The translations under genes and the position numbers were made by a program. A stretch of 11,285 nt of DNA from positions 1-11,285 of the forward strand of contig JAUXAS010000027.1 of the NCBI GenBank assembly GCA_030619825.1. The letters are read 5' to 3'. Positions 8,459 through 11,285 of this stretch are shown piece after piece. Position 1 is the stretch's first letter, and each line of letters opens with the position of its first letter. The notes under the pieces are model-generated. The model ran no database searches and was not told the origin of the DNA. It saw nothing but the letters and a program-made list of their open reading frames with translations. Origin of the DNA: Hadesarchaea archaeon. GTDB taxonomy: Archaea; Hadarchaeota; Hadarchaeia; Hadarchaeales; Hadarchaeaceae.

Positions 8459-8529
8459 GGACACAACGGGCTTTTCTAAGGAAAAGCTTGTCAGAGAAAC
8501 AGTTCAGGACGTTTCTTCGAGTTGTGTCT
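8459..8529 (+). promoter_or_regulatory. Structured 5' leader (three-way junction) of the CxxC-x17-CxxC gene
   Basis: P1 GGACACAAC/GTTGTGTCT (8459-67/8521-29), P2 GGCTTTTC-TAAG-GAAAAGCT (8469-88), P3 GAGAAAC/GTTTCTT (8494-8500/8511-17). Confidence 0.5.
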
Positions 8530-8555
8530 GAGAAAAAAAAAAGGAGTGTTAGGAA

Positions 8556-8741
8556 ATGGCATACGGCGGAAGGTTCGGTGGCCGCGGAAGGGACTTTGGT
8601 CCTCGCCAGATGTTTAAGGCGACGTGCGCCGATTGTGGCAAGGAGTGCGAGGTTCCATTCAAGCCGACCGAGGGCAGACCTGTTTATTGCAGGGATTGCT
8701 TCCAGAAGCACCGAACAGAAAGAAGAGGTCCACCACGTTAG
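8556..8741 (+). CDS. CxxC-x17-CxxC zinc-finger protein with Gly/Arg-rich N-terminus
   Basis: MAYGGRFGGRGRDFGPRQMFKATCADCGKECEVPFKPTEGRPVYCRDCF is the characteristic family pattern. AAGGAG SD and double TAG stop. Confidence 0.92.
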   Translation: MAYGGRFGGRGRDFGPRQMFKATCADCGKECEVPFKPTEGRPVYCRDCFQKHRTERRGPPR

Positions 8742-8829
8742 TAGATGGACGGGTTCTGGGGCGTTCTTGTTGGTTAGCGATAGCTTTCTTAATTTCTCAG
8801 AAGAACGCCCGGGGTTACTTTAATTTCCC

Positions 8830-8844
8830 TTTTTTTTATTTTTT
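8830..8844 (+). terminator. Oligo-T archaeal terminator after the CxxC gene
   Basis: T8-A-T6 tract about 90 nt after the stop codon. Confidence 0.6.
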
Positions 8845-8924
8845 GACTCTCCAATTGCGGCTCTAGCGGCGCGGAGATTGGGGTAAGTGAACCTCCCTGC
8901 CAATATTTCCGCTTCTAGCACGCT

Positions 8925-9089
8925 TCAAATGCCGCCCAAAACCACTCGCGGAGGCTCGGCTTCCTTCTCGAAGGTAATCCGTACGCACTTTATCGGGATC
9001 GGGGAGAACATGAAGATTTCCTCGCTATCCACCTCCATCCAGTAGTAGAACATGCCCCCGCCGCGAAGCTTTGGCTCGCGCCTCGCCAT
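8925..9089 (-). CDS. Hypothetical small protein, 54 aa
   Basis: MARREPKLRGGGMFYYWMEVDSEEIFMFSPIPIKCVRITFEKEAEPPRVVLGGI. Strong SD GGGGGTGA 5 nt before the ATG and an AT-rich TATA-like stretch at ~9138-9148. No family recognised. Confidence 0.55.
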   Translation of the reverse strand: MARREPKLRGGGMFYYWMEVDSEEIFMFSPIPIKCVRITFEKEAEPPRVVLGGI

Positions 9090-9357
9090 CACGGTCACCC
9101 CCTTTTGCTCGCTCCTCACTCCTAACTAAGTATCTTCTATTATTTTTAGATTCCGCTTGCCTGCGTCATGTGGACATCCTAATCAAAAATAACCACTTGT
9201 TTTCTCCTAATTGTAAGGGCAAGTTCGCGACCTCTGCGGGTGTTTTACCGTTTAGCCCCATATAATGGCCCAAACGCCAAAAAAGCCCGCCTCATTTACT
9301 CGACGGATATTTCTTGATTCTATCTCATACTACCATTTTTCATTTGAGCCATATATC

Positions 9358-9416
9358 CAAGTTGGAAATAGTTCCACTTGCGAAAAAAACCTTAAATAGA
9401 TTTGGCGCTTTAAATA
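9358..9416 (+). promoter_or_regulatory. BRE/TATA promoter with upstream inverted repeat, facing the ncRNA candidate
   Basis: CAAG(T)TGGAA-ATAG-TTCCACTTG (9358-80), CGAAAAAAA BRE-like (9381-89), TTAAATA (9392-98) and a second TTTAAATA (9409-16). Confidence 0.6.
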
Positions 9417-9661
9417 GGGGTGGCGGGGATGGAAGCCCGCAGAGGAGGCCGAACTGGAGCCTAAGGGCAACGGAGAGCCGCGTAAAAACTCGGGCGAAAA
9501 ACCGGGGGAGGGCGCGGATAAACCCCGTGGAGGAACGGGGTGAGGCAACGACTGTGGGATAAAGACCTTGATGTGAAAAAGCGACGAGCGAGCGAGTGGT
9601 CGAGATTCGCAAACTCGTCGAGGGAGTAGCGGAAAGGTCTAAAACCCCGCAGTTTTCTTTT
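9417..9661 (+). ncRNA. Candidate structured non-coding RNA of unrecognised class (~240 nt)
   Basis: At least 8 mutually compatible helices of 5-8 bp. G:U pairs favour the + strand. Purine-rich loops, upstream BRE/TATA, downstream U-tract and no credible long ORF. Confidence 0.68.
9653..9661 (+). terminator. Oligo-T terminator of the ncRNA candidate
   Basis: TTTTCTTTT immediately 3' of the last helix strand. Confidence 0.5.
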
Positions 9662-9780
9662 ACGGTTTCAGCAGGGTTGAGTTTGGTAGATCTCCATAAT
9701 TCCGATGCCCCGGCCGCGCGCAAAGGATCAAGCGAGCTATCGGAAGTCTCCTAAACGGTTGGGAAATTAAGGTAACTCTG

Positions 9781-9803
9781 AAATTTCTCAGAAGAAATTT
9801 AAA
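9781..9803 (+). promoter_or_regulatory. tRNA-Ile promoter with overlapping perfect inverted repeat
   Basis: AAATTTCT-CAGA-AGAAATTT (9781-9800) overlaps TTTAAA (9798-9803), which lies 23-28 nt upstream of the tRNA 5' end. Confidence 0.6.
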
Positions 9804-9864
9804 CAACGTGGTCAAGTCCTTAATGGGGCCCGTAGCTCAGCTTGGCTGGAGCGCTCGGCTGATA

Positions 9865-9879
9865 ACCAGCTGGGCAGCC
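9865..9879 (+). other. tRNA intron 1 (15 nt, canonical 37/38, relaxed BHB)
   Basis: Central helix CTGA/GCAG (3 Watson-Crick pairs plus an A.G mismatch), bulges TA|A and CC|A, inner helix CC/GG; the outer helix is the anticodon stem. Confidence 0.8.
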
Positions 9880-9885
9880 ACCGGG

Positions 9886-9901
9886 AGCTAAACGCCGGTT
9901 A
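9886..9901 (+). other. tRNA intron 2 (16 nt, non-canonical 43/44, strict BHB)
   Basis: Central helix ACCG/CGGT (9880-83/9896-99), bulges GG|A and TA|A, inner helix GC/GC, outer helix GCC/GGT (9877-79/9903-05). Confidence 0.8.
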
Positions 9902-9952
9902 AGGTCGAGGGTTCGAATCCCTCCGGGCCCACCACTCAAAAGGTAACGAACT

Positions 9953-10759
9953 ATGTCACTCGACGAGAAACTCCAGCATCTCAAATCAATCATTCGAGGC
10001 TGCGAGAGCGCGGTCATCGCTTTTTCGGGCGGGGTCGACTCCTCGCTCGTCTGCGCGGTTGCCCACGAAGTGTTGGGCGAGCGAGCCGTCGCGGGCACCG
10101 CTATCTCTCAGACATACCCACCCGGGGAGGTTGAATGGGCCAAGAAAGCTGCCGAGCATATCGGCATCAAGCACATTACCATCATCACGAATGAATTCGA
10201 GGACCCAAACTTCGCCACAAACCCGCCGGAGCGATGCTACTATTGTAAAGGAGAGTTGCTCCGAAAATTGGATGGAATCCGCAAGGAGCTTGAGTTCAAG
10301 AAAATTTTCGACGGAACGAATTTCGACGATTTCTCCGACGACAGGCCGGGCCTCCGCGCCCTCCGCGAGTTTGGGGTGGTGAGTCCGCTTGCGGAGGCAG
10401 GTCTGACGAAGGAGGAGGTTCGTGAGTTGGCGACAAAATATGGCCTGCCCAATTCCGATAAACCAGCTAACCCGTGTCTTGCTTCAAGGGTGCCATTCGG
10501 GCAGGAGATATCTCCTCAGAAGCTCGAGCGCATTGCGAGGGGTGAAGAATTCATTCGCTCGCTTGGATTTCGTGTCGTACGAGTCCGCGATCACGGCGAG
10601 TTGGCGAGGGTTGAGGTGAGCAAGGAGGAACTGCCCCGCGCGCGGGAGCTTGAGCGGGAGATAGTAGGCACCCTGAAAGGACTTGGTTACGCATCCGCCA
10701 TACTTGATCCCCGTGGCTATCGCATGGGCGGCGCCAACGAACTCTCGAGCTCGAGCTGA
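9953..10759 (+). CDS. larE: LarE-family ATP-dependent sulfur transferase (PP-loop)
   Basis: [12 protein letters not shown]-loop, [17 protein letters not shown]...[26 protein letters not shown]...ARVEV and GYRMG. Confidence 0.9.
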   Translation: MSLDEKLQHLKSIIRGCESAVIAFSGGVDSSLVCAVAHEVLGERAVAGTAISQTYPPGEVEWAKKAAEHIGIKHITIITNEFEDPNFATNPPERCYYCKGELLRKLDGIRKELEFKKIFDGTNFDDFSDDRPGLRALREFGVVSPLAEAGLTKEEVRELATKYGLPNSDKPANPCLASRVPFGQEISPQKLERIARGEEFIRSLGFRVVRVRDHGELARVEVSKEELPRARELEREIVGTLKGLGYASAILDPRGYRMGGANELSSSS

Positions 10760-10802
10760 AGCAAATATAAGTAGAAAGGAGCACGTTAATCGAGGGAGCG
10801 AC

Positions 10803-11285
10803 ATGCCAACTTTCGAGCCCGTGGGAGAGAAAGAAATCACTCGAGCGATCGTTGAGGGTTTCATGCGGGACTTCCAAAAGTACGCTGAGAGCGATGTCAT
10901 CATCGTCGGAGGCGGCCCGAGCGGTTTGATGGCCGGGAAGGGACTTGCCGAGCGTGGTGTGGGCACCCTCATCGTCGAGCGGAACAATTACTTGGGCGGA
11001 GGCTTCTGGATAGGCGGGTTCCTGATGAACAAGGTCACCATCCGCGCACCTGCTCAGAAAATTCTTGATACGCTCGGTGTACCTTACGCAGAGTCCTCGA
11101 AGGGTCTTTACGTCGCCGATGGTCCGCACGCCTGCTCAAAGCTCATCGCCTCGGCATGCGACGCGGGCGCAAAAGTTCTTAACATGACGCTAATCGATGA
11201 CGTAGTGCTCCGAGAGAAAAATCGTGTGGGAGGGGTCGTCGTTAACTGGACCCCGGTTTCAACCCTACCCAGGGAACTGACATGC
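10803..11285 (+). CDS. thi4: Thiazole synthase Thi4, N-terminal 161 codons (runs off the window end)
   Basis: Not in the ORF track. Manual translation gives [17 protein letters not shown]...[12 protein letters not shown]...[23 protein letters not shown]...[27 protein letters not shown], and TATAA at 10766-70. Confidence 0.94.
   Translation, partial: MPTFEPVGEKEITRAIVEGFMRDFQKYAESDVIIVGGGPSGLMAGKGLAERGVGTLIVERNNYLGGGFWIGGFLMNKVTIRAPAQKILDTLGVPYAESSKGLYVADGPHACSKLIASACDAGAKVLNMTLIDDVVLREKNRVGGVVVNWTPVSTLPRELTC

Larger units (their letters stand above)
9826..9934 (+). tRNA. tRNA-Ile(GAT) with two introns (9865-9879 at 37/38; 9886-9901 at 43/44), CCA encoded
   Basis: Removing both inserts gives a standard 78-nt cloverleaf: GGGCCCG TA GCTC-AGCTTGGCTG-GAGC G CTCGG-CT GAT A|A-CCGGG|AGGTC GAGGG-TTCGAAT-CCCTC CGGGCCC A CCA. 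Confidence 0.92.

Noticed and set aside
8739..8744. Stop-codon recoding (Pyl/Sec) at the CxxC gene, given the downstream stem
   Set aside because: Tandem TAG TAG stops follow a complete domain, and no conserved-looking continuation is present.
9417..9661. ncRNA candidate as SRP RNA, RNase P RNA, or an H/ACA or C/D guide
   Set aside because: No SRP helix-8 motif with GGAA tetraloop, no RNase P GAGGAAnnUC/ACAnAA regions with P4 pairing, and no well-placed ACA plus K-turn or RUGAUGA/CUGA box pair. Judged by eye; a very divergent member cannot be excluded without cmscan.
9314..9723. Track ORFs 9314-9562 (+), 9330-9548 (-) and 9340-9723 (-)
   Set aside because: They have no convincing starts or recognisable domains, run across AT-rich promoter elements, and are better explained by the RNA structure.
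9865..9901. tRNA-Ile as a pseudogene, a long-variable-arm tRNA or a single-intron tRNA
   Set aside because: No single excision restores both the anticodon stem and a 5-nt variable loop, whereas two BHB-defined excisions do so exactly.
10760..10802. TPP riboswitch upstream of thi4
   Set aside because: The gap is only 43 nt and has no CUGAGA core.
1..11285. CRISPR array, IS element or tRNA-integrated element
   Set aside because: I saw no regularly spaced repeats, transposase or integrase ORF, or duplicated tRNA 3' end.

Overview
Archaeal chromosomal window, judged from aRF1, archaeal-type PyrH and ValRS, TATA-like promoters and BHB tRNA introns; the lineage cannot be fixed from the sequence alone. 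Left to right it holds: the 5' part of aRF1 (-), pyrH and a DUF2116-like Zn-ribbon membrane protein (+), valS (-), an MBL-fold hydrolase (-), a divergent UPRTase-like phosphoribosyltransferase (-), a stand-alone Lrp/AsnC ligand-binding domain (-), tRNA-Ala(CGC) (-), an ABC-2 exporter pair (-), a CxxC-x17-CxxC zinc-finger protein with a structured 5' leader (+), a 54-aa orphan ORF (-), about 700 bp without a credible gene, tRNA-Ile(GAT) (+), larE (+) and the 5' part of a Cys-type thi4 (+). Four observations stand out. (1) An unannotated ~240-nt, heavily base-paired, purine-looped RNA candidate at ~9417-9661 has its own BRE/TATA and U-tract and matches no RNA class I recognise. (2) The tRNA-Ile carries two introns (37/38 and non-canonical 43/44) around a 6-nt micro-exon, with mutually exclusive BHB motifs that imply ordered splicing. 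(3) Each tRNA is followed exactly 18 nt after CCA by a protein start. (4) A three-way-junction leader precedes the CxxC-x17-CxxC gene. All family calls and RNA pairings were made by eye, without database searches or folding software.
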